From Tubulanus polymorphus (taxonomy: Eukaryota; Animalia; Nemertea): DNA of 64,000 bases. Below are positions 13,901-27,455 of the stretch, one piece after another (within the stretch, counting starts at the first letter, position 1; each line of letters begins with the position of its first letter). Location of the stretch: positions 3,968,001 to 4,032,000 of the forward strand of contig NC_134028.1 of the NCBI RefSeq assembly GCF_964204645.1, given 5' to 3'. The translations under genes and the position numbers were made by a program. The notes below the pieces were generated by a model. That model searched no databases. It saw only the letters and a program-made list of their open reading frames with translations, and was not told the origin of the DNA.

Positions 13901-16900
13901 GTATTTTGTTGCTACCCGAAACGTTTTGTTGTTTAGATTTGAATTCAGATGATTTCCGATTTTTTTTTTGCGAAGATGAAAAACATCACAAAACGTTGAA
14001 CTTTGTTTCACAGCTTAATGTTTTATCGCACTATACTCAATCATCGTTGTTTCTGTTCGATATAGTAGAATTCCGGTTTCAGCGAACAATACGAAAAGAT
14101 TCCGATTTTATAAAGATACTTTTTTAGATTTGTTCCTCGATGATAGATTGTTGTATCACTATATAAACCAATTCATTTCAGTTTTCGAAAACTAGAAATG
14201 CCTTCTGGCCGAAAAGCACGTTTCCAAATTGGACCTTTTGATACTACGGATTACTTTATGAATGTAACAAAAATCTCACCCATGATGGGCAGGTGAAGCT
14301 ATCTATTTAAAGTCTTGCCTGGACACAAAAACTCAGCCAGTACACCAAATATTTGGTAGCTAATTTCCAGGCTGCCCGAGGCTGGTTATTTTAGATCCCA
14401 AAGGGACGTTTATTGATGCATCCACTAAGACACAATTAGCTTTAGCTGCGGTATCAGAATCGAGAATTCAAAACCGGTTTTTCGGTCAACAGAATCTTCG
14501 GACCGCTTGTTCGTGAGTTTTCGAGATGCGAGGACAATCCCCGTATCCCCCGTAGTTCCATCCTTCTCTGAAATAATGTGCACTCCAAACCTAAACGCCT
14601 AGAGCGCTAAACTGCAATGCAACTTCCTCGCCGGCTAAATGATAGTTTTGTAAAGAAAGTACATAGCACTCATCCTCAAGAGTACCATGAGAGGATGTCA
14701 TCCATTAAAACTTCAAGCAACAATCAAATCCTGACCACCAGTATAGGAAACGATCTTAGAATTCGAGCGACGGTCAAAGCGACTTTACAACGAACTAATG
14801 TAACAGTGTATCGATTGTATTTCAAGTATCTACAATAACAACCTAATTAAGAGATGTACGGAGTTGATTTAAATGATATTGAAATGATGATTTAATTTCG
14901 AAAGATAGAGACTGTGGTGCAATCTTCTCCAAAACCCAATTAGCCCCCTCCTGAGCTGCGATTATAGCAAGGCTTTCCAACATTCAAAAATGGTGTATAT
15001 GTCGAATTAAAAGCATCACTCCCAGTGCATTGCGAAATTAGGATTTGTAAGCACTAAAGTTTATTTTCCGAACATAATGATCAATTTTTATTCAGGCAAT
15101 ATAACTCAGATTTGAAGAACACGATATTTCACCAGACGTCTGTACCCGGAGGTTATGATCGATTGCTTGTATTTGACGGAATTATTAGATTTGAGCAATT
15201 AAGAGAGTGAACAGTGAACATGGTGGTGACGTTCACATGTGATTATACCAACCTTTCTCTAATTATAGATACACACATGGCGCGCTTCCATGTTCATTAA
15301 ATTACGACGACGAGATTATTCTTACGAGATACTGCTCTTCATCGAAACTTGTTTAACAAGGTGCCATACCGATAACCATTTTGAGTAACTTTGGAAGAGT
15401 CTGTATCGTTTGAGTGACTTCCTCCAGTCAGACCTCATTCATCCAAGCATGCGATACACGTGAACCTTGATTTTATAGGTTAATCTATGGTGGTCCGGGT
15501 TCATCTCAACATATCTGATGAGCAGTAGTTCTACCCGTTATAAAACTGATATAGTTCGACATTATTGTCGGGATTTTATTTGATGCTGATAGAATGATAA
15601 GACAGAGAAAGGTAACGTTGCGGGAAGTCTAGAATCCAACTGATTCGAGATTTATCTCTCTGTACGAAGCGGACATGCCTACACGTCTTCTTATTGTCAT
15701 CATTGCCGGTATAAATTCAATGCATTTTTACGCTTTAAATCAAACACATTAACTCTTGGTGTCATTTTTCTATGTGCATTATGCGTCTTGTGTACCCTCT
15801 GACCTGACTCTCAATCGGCGCTGCGCGGACAGAATTGCAGGCAGGTGAACGGGCACGTGAAGCCCATTGTGTCCGTGTATCCTTCCGCCCAGGACGTTCA
15901 TAATTAGCCCTGGGTTGTTGTTGGTACAGAGGCTGGACAATGGAGGATACCTGTCCCAATCACTATTGATGATGAATGCATCTTAAGGTGTACAATAGGA
16001 TGACCGTTGGTCGTCGAAGCCACATCTCACGTATAGCCCCCCTCAAGATATTTTGATAGATAGTCTCATCTTCTTTTATGATTTTATATGCTCTAGATAT
16101 TTGTCACAAGGAGCCCTGACATGGAGATTAGTAAGCTTTTATATTTATGTGCTGTTCCAAGTGTAAATTTGAAAAGCCATTTTCTGGAATAACCGACAGA
16201 TATTTCAATATATACATTCGAAAGGCGTTTCCTTTTCTAAGAATAGAAGTTCCTATCTAGAGCACCTTGAAATTTTGGTTGAATTTAGGAATCAAAATAA
16301 ATAGAGAATTCCTTTGATTCTTATCGGATTACACAACACAATCGAATCACCGACAACGTATAATCAGAATTAATACGGTGTTTAAATCGAAAAATCCCGA
16401 TTCAAATATAACACAATCTATAGGTCTTAAACCTGAAGAAACAGACAAGCTTTGAAAAGGCTTACATCAGACAAGATGGTGGAAGCTTCCGGTTTCGCTA
16501 ATGACCTCTTCTATATCGAATTCGGGGCCAATTGTTAATGTTTAAACAACTTCTTTCACGAAGGAATCGACGAATATTCGAATCATTCTAGAGTTAATTA
16601 TTTGAAATACTTTAATCACCGGTTGTATTATATGCGGTCAATAATGACTGGATTAAAGTGATTGAATCCGGATAACGAGCAATATGGGCTTCATTATTTA
16701 TCGACACCTACTGTGTGTCCATTATAGAAAATGACGCGGATCAAGAGAATTATACGCGATCAATATAAGTATAGGTGTTCATTAAATTCTGAACTTTACC
16801 CAACTTAAAGAGCGATGCAATCATCTTCGAAAATTCTAACGTAATTCCTAACGTAATATGTGAACATAAGTTATCAAAGAAATGTGCTGTTAAGTATTTG

Positions 16901-19900
16901 TTCTTTACTTCTTTTACAACTCGCAGCCTTTTGGCCGGTTTTGGAAATCTCACAGCAACAGTCACTGTGTGTCTTACACGGTGTCAAACTTTTACGTTTT
17001 ATATCTTTTTGAAGAATAACAATAAGCAGCACACGCAATATGTAAGGCAAAAGCTTTTCTTGTGCAAGTGATTATAGGCTTCGCGAGGCGTTTATTTATT
17101 GGGGTTATGTTTTCTATAGGCATGGCGCCAATTGATGCAAACCGTAAAAAAAACTGAGGTTCCAGTTTTTTTTTCAATGAAGTGTTTTATATTTTCATTC
17201 GTAAAATGGCCATATTTCTTCATCTTGACATCCATCGAATTCTTTATATTCACCGAGACGAAAAGGGTGCCGCAGAAAAAAGAGGCTTTACTCGTAAATG
17301 TTTTTACACATTCTCGCTTAATCAAATATGAAATACAGGCAAACGAGTTCTTAAGATTAAAATCAGGCTGGTCTGTGTCAATCTGAGCTAAGTTTCATTC
17401 AATCGTTTTCTTAACGTTAGTGAACTATGACACCGGTTACGGATTTTGGGACGCGTTCAGATTGTTCACCAGACAACGCCGTGTGGCTGCGGCCCAGATT
17501 GGCGCTGTCTTGGGCTTTTGTTGTCGGTGGAGTAACTCAGATATCATTATCAGGTACACGCCGGATAAAAGATGCGTTTAGAACAGCAAGATGGAAAAGA
17601 AGCTGGTTGCATTGACACGCAGTCGGCCATGTGCTTTATGACCTAGCCGTTACCGCCCGGGTTGACGAGGCTCTTTTCTTCTGCTAAAAATGAGCTAGAA
17701 AAGGCAACATAAAGCGTGGAGTTGTACGAGCATTTCACCAATTATCAAGATTTTGACTGTTCAACGAACAAAGCCAGCTGCCGGAGCAAAAAACGACGCG
17801 CAGACGCCAGCAGGGGGAGGCTGGGATACCCACAGGTGTGAAATACACCACAGATTGTAGTTTCGTATTTAAAAAACGAAAATCAGTAACAAGAGGTGGC
17901 AAAAATCAGAGCAATGCTTCGAACCAATTGAGCTTCGAGGGCGGCATGAAATTCAAGGATTCTGGGTTCTAGCAACCTTGAAATCTTAATTATAAAACAC
18001 AATTAGACGGATATTGATGAAGGTTCAAATCAGGTTCAATTTTGACGATAGGTTTGAATGGGTTAAGGTTCATTGAAGTGTGAATAACTCATCTTCAAAC
18101 CTGGGCGAGTTTGGAGATAAAAAACAACTAAATTGATAACAAGCCGCAAAATCAATCGGCCACCGCCGAGAGGCATAAAACCCTTAAGCTAACAATAGAT
18201 TCACTTCTATAAATAAATGTTGCTGCATTGAATGGCATTCTTTTAAATCACTTCAGTCAATTTTGTCATCTTGAATACCGATATCAAGGCCAACCATGGA
18301 CTAAGAACACGAATCGGTGGGCCAAACTGTGAAGCATTGGCCTCAAATTGGAAGTTGCCGAGAACTAATTGAAAATCTCAGCAAATCTTCGAGAATCTGT
18401 TTGAAAGCGTTTGGCAAGGATTCTGCATAAATAGTCATGCGTTTAGTTGAAGTGGGTCCACCGTCGTTTATGCAGATACGATGTTTGTCTTCGATCTAAG
18501 ATGTAAAGATTGTCGCCTCGCGGAGAAAGATCGGTTTATTTTACGCCTCGGTTGTTTTCGGACAGCGACACGAGCAACGGGGGAAACATCGAACGTCGTC
18601 CGGATATTTTACTTTTCCTCTCCTGACATGATACCCATTCTTTTACTTGTGTCGAGGATATTGCGCTGATTAGTCGGAAGCCGAGTCGCGCGTGTACTCC
18701 CAATACACAAACACGTGACATAACAAAGGCGCCATTGCCGGTGAGGAGTCAGTAATGGATTTATCAAACTAGTTCGCGTAAACGGTTTTTGTTGCGACAC
18801 AAGTCCAACACGTGACCTCAAACATTCCATTTCACACTAATTTGTAGAAATCAGACGGACATTTCACGCCGAATTTGTCTTCGCAGAGTCGGTTGACTTT
18901 TTCCAGAAGCCATACATCATTAAACTGCGCAGTAAGATGTCGTTCGGTATCAGGATTGTGTTTAGTCGTTCATGGCAACGGATATTTACATTTGAAGACA
19001 ATTAGCTGTGTCATTTTTGACAAGCAAACTTCAATAGTTCTGACGTTGTACCAAACAAGAAGCATTAGAATTCGAGATGCTTACTGGAAACAATACCATG
19101 AACCCCATTGAAATATATTTCAGTACAGTCTTTAGTCTGCTCTTGTTTAATTATTAGTAGCCATAATTATGTGTTCTGACTATAAGTCATGTTCTATTTT
19201 AATCTCTGTACCAATTATTCATGCAAAATAAATCAAATAAAATCAAGAGTCCAGAGAGAGTGGCGGTGTAATCGTTAATATTTCCAAATATTGAAAATCC
19301 CATATATAAGGTCATGCAACTCTCTATTTTGAGACAAAAGAGTTTCGCAATCGTATTGATTATAGTGACGAGACGCTGACCAGACGACAGTCACTGGTTC
19401 CCTGCTGATTCTGTCGAAATCGCGTGGCATCAGTTTGTTACATCTTTCCAGTTTACGATTTCATGCGCGAGAAGAAAGTGAAAATCAAACTGTATAGACA
19501 ATGAACAGAGGTGTAACGATCTGTCAACGGGGTGCTAATTAAAGCCAAGTCGAGTTCACAGGCCATCGTGAAAATCATTCAACATGCGATTAACCCGGTG
19601 TTTCTATCATATACTATCACCCACGGGGCCGTAAATATTTCCCTAATCAACTGGTCAAACTTTATTCTCACTACGCGTCTTTTGAAAATCTTAGATGGCC
19701 AGACCCGCGTCACAATGGATGTATAACTTATATATAGTTGCGAAGACCCACGCTCCTAGCGTGGAGGGCGGTTTGTTTCGAGTGTGACATTATTTAGAAG
19801 ATCAAGCATCCGCCCAATAATGAGATTTATAGATAATAAACTTTTGTTGATGGCCCAAGACTGAGGGCCATTGCGCTTATGTCGATGAGATGAGGAATTT

Positions 19901-22900
19901 AATTAAATTTCGCGTACAAGGCGACGCTATGGGTGATCCGTAGTAAATTATAATGAGCAGAATTTAGGAAAATGTAACATAACTATCAAACAACATACAA
20001 TATTGCTTCTTTTGCTGTCCGGTTTGACGCATAGAACCAGACTGCGGGACATATCGGCAGCCAGTTCTTTTGCACAGATTTCAACATTCGGCCGGATTAT
20101 ATCGGATGATAATGTAATGCACAAGGATTCAAATTCTTCCTAGACCGAACCAAATCGTGGCATCTGTTACAAGATGTGATTAAAGACCTGGAAAACACTC
20201 CAAACTTAATGAAATGTAACAAGTTTACTTTGGTCAATATTGAATCCGACCGCGGACAAGGCGAGTTGAGTAAAACCCTTGATTATCACTGAGGCGGAAT
20301 CGAGATATAGAGATATGAATTAACATTATGTTCACCAATAACTAACGATATCTCTTAAGTTTTATCTCATGGAGTTATAGCTACGTAGGATGCAGTCATT
20401 ATTACCAAAGAGAAAGCCATGCTATCGAGTTACAAATTACGGCGTATTTCTATCTTCAAAGCTAAAATGTTGATAGTTGATGAAAAGGGGCCGCAGACGA
20501 ATATTGTGGTGTGATTTCATATCATACGTAAAATTCATCCGAGCGTGATCGCGATACGTCATAAAACGCCCGCGGTGAAGGTCGTAAAGCGGCGATCAAA
20601 ATGGACAGAAGATCCCTCGAATTCGGATGGGCGTGTTGCACGAGGATTTACCAGAAACTTCACCCATCACTGTTACGTAACCGCACGAGGCAGGTGAAGA
20701 CGAACAATACGCGTAAACAATGATAGTCGCACTTCGCTGATAGTATAAACAAGGCATTTTAGCCAAACTTAGCCCGGGCATTGTCCACTTCGCGGCACAA
20801 ATAATCCACTCTTCGTCGCCAACAACAGCGCAGAAACCCTGGTAATTATAGACTTGCTTGATTGGCTTATATGCGGCTCGTTCAGCGGTCCTCGACCTCT
20901 GTCTCCGATTCAGAAATAATTACAGTCTTGTATCATTGATTCACGATCGTTCTAAAACCGATCTGATTATGTCGGAGCCATCGCCATTGTGCCTGCAAAA
21001 TTTTGCTAATACGGAATTATGCATTGCAGATGTTGAACATTTTGATACACGCTGAATTAATATGAATGAAAATGTATGGCGTCCAAGCTGTAACCCGCTG
21101 TAACCCGTCCAAGCTGTAAGCGTCCCCCTCCTCACACCTCCCCATAGGTCTCACGCCCGCCTCAGTAAATATCAAAATCGTTTAATCTTTTTTTGATCGG
21201 CTTTCCAGGCGATACAAACGTAATATCTTACATCACATTCAATATTTGGAAACTCGATCACTTCGAACTTCGCTAAATAGCTTATCATTTTCGACACAAC
21301 TGCTTTAATCGTAAGCGAATCAATAGAAAGACGGGAAAATAAAGCAATATTAATTTAACCACCTGTATCCCTATATCGCTATGGGATATTATTGGATATT
21401 TCATTTTATAGATGGCTGATGAATGTATTTCGTGATTTGGTTTTGTAATTGACTAACTCTCCTCGCCACAAATCATTCCGTAGCCAGAACACGCAAACGA
21501 TGATACTCAAAATGTACCCTATATACAATATCGAATAACACCATCTAAAATGCTGGTATATTCGAGCGGATCTTTTCAATCAATTAATTGTCCGTTCAAT
21601 TCGATTGTCATTCTTATTAATTCAACTCCCGTTTGAGATTTACGAAATCATCTCATATGAATGAATCTTACATCCGTGGTTGCGATAACAGGAAATCATA
21701 CTAAAAGCCATCATGAATACTTGGAAAGATGGTGTGAAAGATACATGAGGGCTTCCTCGTTCGTTATTCGTTTATTAGCTACGATTTTGCGTTGGGAAGT
21801 CGGTGTCTAATTTCACAGGTGATTGTCGGAGTGGCCCGTACCTTAGCCTGTCACGGAAGATATTTCATTACGGTCCAGTTACGCAATCAGACAATAGACA
21901 CCACGAACAAGTGCCTTCTAATCTCAGGGATTAAAACCGTTTCTAAATCGTTCTCAAATTCAAACAACAAAGCGCTTGTCGTTGCCGATTAATCGCCGAA
22001 CGATCACACGAAGTTTAAAACCCAATCGACGATGACTGAAAAACGTTTTAAAAGTCTGTTTAAAAAAACCCAGCGATAAATTCACAATATAAAACGGGAT
22101 AATAATTTTGACGAACAAAAATTGTGGCTATAATGCACCAGACAGCTGGCGTCTCGCTTCGGTAACATTGTCATCTGACTTTAAAAAAAGGAAATTCGAT
22201 ACGCCTTTTGGAAATTCGGCTTAATTCATCAGCATGTAGAATAAAAGTTTTAGATCCACTCGCATTATTAAGTTATGATTAAAAATGGAAATAAATTTTG
22301 CCGCATCCATGAAAACAAACGGGTGGCTGGGCACTTGAAAAACGTAAGCAATATCACCCAAATCACAATTGCGGCTTTTCGTGTTTGTAAATTTTAGTTC
22401 AAGGGATGCACCTGCAAAATCAATTTTGTGTTTGGGCTGTTATTGGGTTCAGTGCCAGGCTTTATTCATTTGTAACTACAAAAAAGATCATATATAACTG
22501 TTTTACATTCATAAATAGGATATGTAAGTACTCTTTTCAATTAGAACGTGCCGAAACTGGCGTCGGTCTCAGAAAGAAGCTCGAAAAGTTGTAGTTGTCT
22601 TGATAAGCTTTACACCCATCGACTAGCGTAGCGAGAATGTGTGATAGACATTGGATTCGTGCGCGCCAAAATCCAACGACAGATGGACAGCTTTCAGGGG
22701 TACAGAAAGTGCCGTCGTGTATTTGTCGGTGTAATTAAGCAAGTAGCAGGGTTTTATGGGCAGACATGTATTGTCATCAGCTAATGAAATTTATAACCAC
22801 GAATTGTCGTGTACTCAATAATTAAACGCACACGTTTCGGCAAACGACCAATCATAAGATATCCAACGTGCTATTTGAGTGACTTGTTTAATTTTTCTAG

Positions 22901-23201
22901 AGCCTGATCGTTTAACACCGACTTTATTGAACTGGCTGGGGTCAAACGCTTGGAAGAAGGCGACGCCAGAAGCCGAACGTGAAAAACGCCGACTCGCATA
23001 TAAGCTTATATTCTTTACGAGGATTTTTGATTATTTGTTGAAATCATTAAATAGAACTTAAGCGGCCAAGATTGCAACAAAATTACTGACATTTATTTAA
23101 ATCAACGCGTCAATTAAAATGTGACGTACTACAGCAAACGCCACATGTCACCCATAAGGGGCTTATTATATCTAGTGTATTAGTCGGTATGAATTGCAGG
23201 C

Positions 23202-23274
23202 GCCTCCGTAGCCTAATGGATATGGCATCGGCCTCCTAAGCCGGGGGTTGCGGGTTCGAGTCCCGCCGGGGGTA
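23202..23274 (+). tRNA. tRNA-Arg (anticodon CCT)
   Basis: 73-nt cloverleaf: acceptor GCCTCCG/CGGGGGT+A, anticodon arm TCGGC-CTCCTAA-GCCGG, T-loop GTTCGAGTC, downstream T-run. Confidence 0.95.
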
Positions 23275-23876
23275 CGTTTTGCATTTTTCAATCCAACAGC
23301 TTTCTTTCTTTTGTTTAGGTATATAAAGTGATAATTATTCTTTTTTTAGTGTTACCAAGGAAATTCAGTGACCTTGTTACTCGATTCAGTATCTTCGCGA
23401 TGCGCAGAACAGTGTGAATAACAGTCGATCTAAAGGCGCGAAAAACAAAACTCCGAGTGACGTCAAACTAGAGTTTTCTTAGAATTATATTCCAGCCACC
23501 GGTTAACGATCTAATTATTGAACTATTTCAATATCATCATAACGAATTCTTACAGATAGGGAGCCTTACTCTAAACCATCGGACTAATGATTTTTTCCGC
23601 ATTCACATCTTTGTTTCTGAATCATGTAGTTCACTTCTTCAATTTGTACGAAATCGCACCAGGATTAATCAGTGACGTCACATTGCTATAGTTTCGAATG
23701 ATTATATATGGTTTAGTGCTGTAAACATTGCCCGTCACGGACGTGTTATTCACAATATACCCCCGTGCCAGAATTGTCATCATTGCAGTTGGCGACTTGA
23801 ATGCAAATACTTGTGGATACTGTTCACTCTTTCAAAAAAGACTTTTTCAGCATAAAATATGTATTTTATTTGAAAG

Positions 23877-25378
23877 GCAAAGTGTTTTAGTGCCTTCCTA
23901 GAAGTTGTACGCGAAACCTATAGTGACCTGCAAGATACTGACGACGACAAACTGGCGTTGATAAAAGCCGTCGCGTCCGGGCGGATCCGCCAGGTTCGGC
24001 TGCTGTTAGATCGGTACATTTCTACTGAGATTACCGACGATTGCGGCCAAACGGCGCTGATACACGCCGTCTTCTTGGAGAACGAAAGATGTCGCGAGAA
24101 AATCACGCGAATCCTGCTGAAAAAAGGAGCCGTGGTCAGCAGAGCGGATATTGTCGGCAGGAACGCGCTGTCGTGGGCCTCGCTGTATGGCCGATGTCGC
24201 GAGGTCCAGATGATGTTGAAATACGCGGATATTGACTTAGATTTAAACCACGCTGATATCAATGGACAAACCGTTCTTTATCACGCCGTATCGTCCGGAA
24301 ATGCGGCAACGGTCAAGCAAATCGTCGATGCTTTGAAGCGCTTCTCGCTTAGTGTTGATATCCCCGATGCAACTGGAGTGACTCCGCTGATGCACGCCAT
24401 GCAAATGTGCCATGATGTCTGCGCCAGTATTTTGGTTCATCAAGGTAACGCCAAAGTGGGATTGAACCTAGCCTTTACGCAAGATTTCATCAACGCGACA
24501 CAGTGGGCCACGAAGCCCTCCGAACGGCGACTTTCGTTTAGAACGAACCCGGCTTCGAAGTTCCCACCAATTATTTCACAAGCCGTTTGGAATAAGATAA
24601 AATATAGGGAGAATCGCGCCGCGCAACACAGAGTTATAAATCCTTTAGATTCGGACGATGAAGATTCATCGTATGGATCGGAAATATCTTGTCTTACCGA
24701 GGCGTCCATAGACAGTATCTGTCTGGATAGTCCGACTTGTGATATTCCACGCTCGATCCTGGCAATTGAAGGCATGTCATCGGATGATGGAATCTCCGAA
24801 ACCGAGTGTTACTGCGGCGAAAGACCGGTCAGGCTGAAACGTAGGCAACCTTTCAAACCGACTAAAGAATTGAATAGACTTTATCGAATGTACGAAGAGG
24901 AAATGAGCCCGTCGTATCGTCAAGACACGAAAAACATCGCGTCAGAACAGAAAAAACTGGAAGACGCTGAGGATACGGTGATCAGCAGTTCAATCGATTC
25001 TTCGAGTTCAAGAAAATCAAAACCAGAAACGAAGACGTCTTCAACGGTCCCCGTCCCAGCGCAAGGTAAAATATGGTGTTCTTTTAAGTTATTTAGATGT
25101 TCTTTTATTATTTAAATTACTTATCTTAGTATCTTATAATGAACGTACATTATTTCGTAGGTGTTAAGGTAAACAAGTGGCTTGGAGCTCGTCGGGATTT
25201 GATTGGTTTGAGAAAGTTCATGTCCATAGCTCGACCGAGAATAGCGGAGACAGCAAACATCGCGGAGTCTACAAGTTTACCACAGATCTCAAATAAATCT
25301 ACACCACTTGTGTCACAAACTAAAACATCGCCCGGTTCTTCTGATAGTAGCAATAAAGTTAACTATTCACACTTGTGA
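23877..25378 (+). CDS. Ankyrin-repeat protein, ANKRD34/ANKRD63-like; exons ~23877-25065 and 25161-25378; start codon not located
   Basis: N-terminal ankyrin repeats (GQTALIHAV, GRNALSWA, GQTVLYHAV, GVTPLMHA) then low-complexity Ser/acidic tail. GT-AG intron 25066-25160 joins ORF 25139-25378 in frame. Frame is closed upstream by TGA at 23871-23873. Confidence 0.8.
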
Positions 25379-25400
25379 CAGGGAAAAAAGAAAAAGGAAC

Positions 25401-25473
25401 TGCCGAAACCCGGGATCGAACCAGGGACCTTTAGATCTTCAGTCTAACGCTCTCCCAACTGAGCTATTTCGGC
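25401..25473 (-). tRNA. tRNA-Phe (anticodon GAA)
   Basis: Reverse complement is GCCGAAATAGCTCAGTTGGGAGAGCGTTAGACTGAAGATCTAAAGGTCCCTGGTTCGATCCCGGGTTTCGGCA, the canonical metazoan tRNA-Phe; T-run terminator follows (A-run on + at ~25384-25395). Confidence 0.98.
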
Positions 25474-27455
25474 TGATGACAGATTTATGTGTTTATGACG
25501 TATATCATAATGAGCATAGCGTATCCAGATCAATGCGCCATCTAAATGATTTTTTTAGAACTTGATTTATTGTGATAAAAAAGAAGAGTTAATTTTGTTC
25601 TTCAGTCTTGCCGAGTTAAGCTTCAAGATTTTCATGGAAAGATTCGCAATAAATCAAAATTTACAACAAAATCATTTTTTGTATTCTATTTCGCTTTACA
25701 TTTCGGCATATCGTGCGCTGTTACTTCGACGCGTAGAGGTAGCTCCGCTTTTGATTTTCTGAGAGTATCAGCCTTAGCGAGACTAAGGTCCCTACAGATC
25801 AGTCATCCTAGATGGGATAAGGAGAACATTTCAAATTTCGAGGAATTGTCTGCATATCTATAAACTCAGCTCTTTCTAATTCGGTACCGCTGCCCCAGTT
25901 CGGCAACAAATCCTGCGGTTCCAAAACTGTACCGTACCGGGAATCGATTTAGGCGTAGTTTACTAAAGGCCTATGTCCAAACATTTCTAATAGCCTATTT
26001 CGCAAAATTGAGTTGTTTTGGCTATTTTGTTCAACGGGTTTCAATGCTCAGTTTAGAAAGGTTTTAATGAATCAAGGAGTCGTATAGCGGAATAACAGGA
26101 GGCCGGTGTCCCAGTTCGAATCCTGTCCTGTCATCTACCGGTACTCGGAAAAGTATTTTTTCTGGGCTGTATCAGTACATAAGAGTGCATTAGTCCAGAT
26201 TCCTGAGCGTTCTGGATGCTCACACATAAGCTGTTGAAGGATGCATCTAATCACTAGGGGTGAGGTCTTCGGAGGGTTTGGCCTACGCAATTGATTTGGA
26301 ATGGGCAGGGTTGGCAATACGAGGGCTGCAAGAAACATTAGTGAGCGTAATGGCACAGAAAATTTAGGACAAAATGGGGATTTTCTGCCTCTATCAAGCC
26401 CATTTAGATTCATCCTTTCAAATCTGAATTAGTTTTATCCGCCATGGAACCGTGGATTCTAACGTAGTAACAAAATCAATGATAAAACTGCTTGTGCAGA
26501 AATTTCATTAAGTTTAGATTTATTTACATAACAAGTTTAAGATGAACTTAGTTTAATAAACGATGCAAGCGATGTATCATTCGAGGTGAAGTTTTCATAT
26601 ACATGAAATACACATAATCTACATACTAGACACAAATTTACACGAATTCTTTCACTTCAGTCTCCTCAACTCTAGTCGCTATGATACATCGGTGATTTGA
26701 AAACAATATCTCCCAACTAGTCACTCCATATAAAACTGATCAAAAACGTGAAGCAAAAAGTTCCAATTTAACCATTTTAAAAATGTTTTCGTTAATTCAT
26801 TTGTGTTCAATAATGATTGATACAATAAAAACTAAATCATCAGACAGAGACATATAAAACGTACATTACTACATACAAGACTTTCTCCCTGACAACTGCA
26901 GTCACCCGCTTTTACACCGTGATACATTCTCCAAATAGCTCGGCTCAATAACTCACAATTGGAGATAACTATTTTCCCATTATTTTCATAGCTCGGAAAT
27001 ATCGTATCGTTACACAGATATCTTCCGACTTTATTAAGGATCTTTACTATCAATTCTGAAAGTTTCCAGGAATGATTGGGCTCATCGCATATCTAACAAA
27101 TTTCGAATTTTCTGAGGCAACTAACGTATTTGAGGCGAGCAGTGTCATAGCTTACTGCAGTTCATATCTTTTTAAACAACATGACAGTAGACTTAGTATA
27201 TATATATATATATTATATATATATAATACATATATATGTAATATTTACAGAAGTTCACATCTCTAAAATAACAATTTAATGATACCACTTCTCTCCATCT
27301 CTCTCTGTTAACTTCTGAGTGGAACTCTCGAACTAATGTTTTTTTTTTTTAAAGAGTAATAAAACATCGATTTTAATAAAGAGCTCGTCGTCCATTTGGG
27401 CGCCGAGCACGAATTCAATCCCGACTCCTAGACCAGCACGTATCGACGACGCGAA

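Noticed and set aside
20560-20850. GC-richer stretch with a 61-aa minus ORF
   Set aside because: No recognisable protein in the frames I read and no clear exon chain.
23918-24775. Several minus-strand ORFs
   Set aside because: Antisense shadows of the ankyrin CDS.
26075-26135. tRNA/SINE-like B-box GTTCGAATCC (also ~12425 and ~58497)
   Set aside because: No cloverleaf or convincing A-box.
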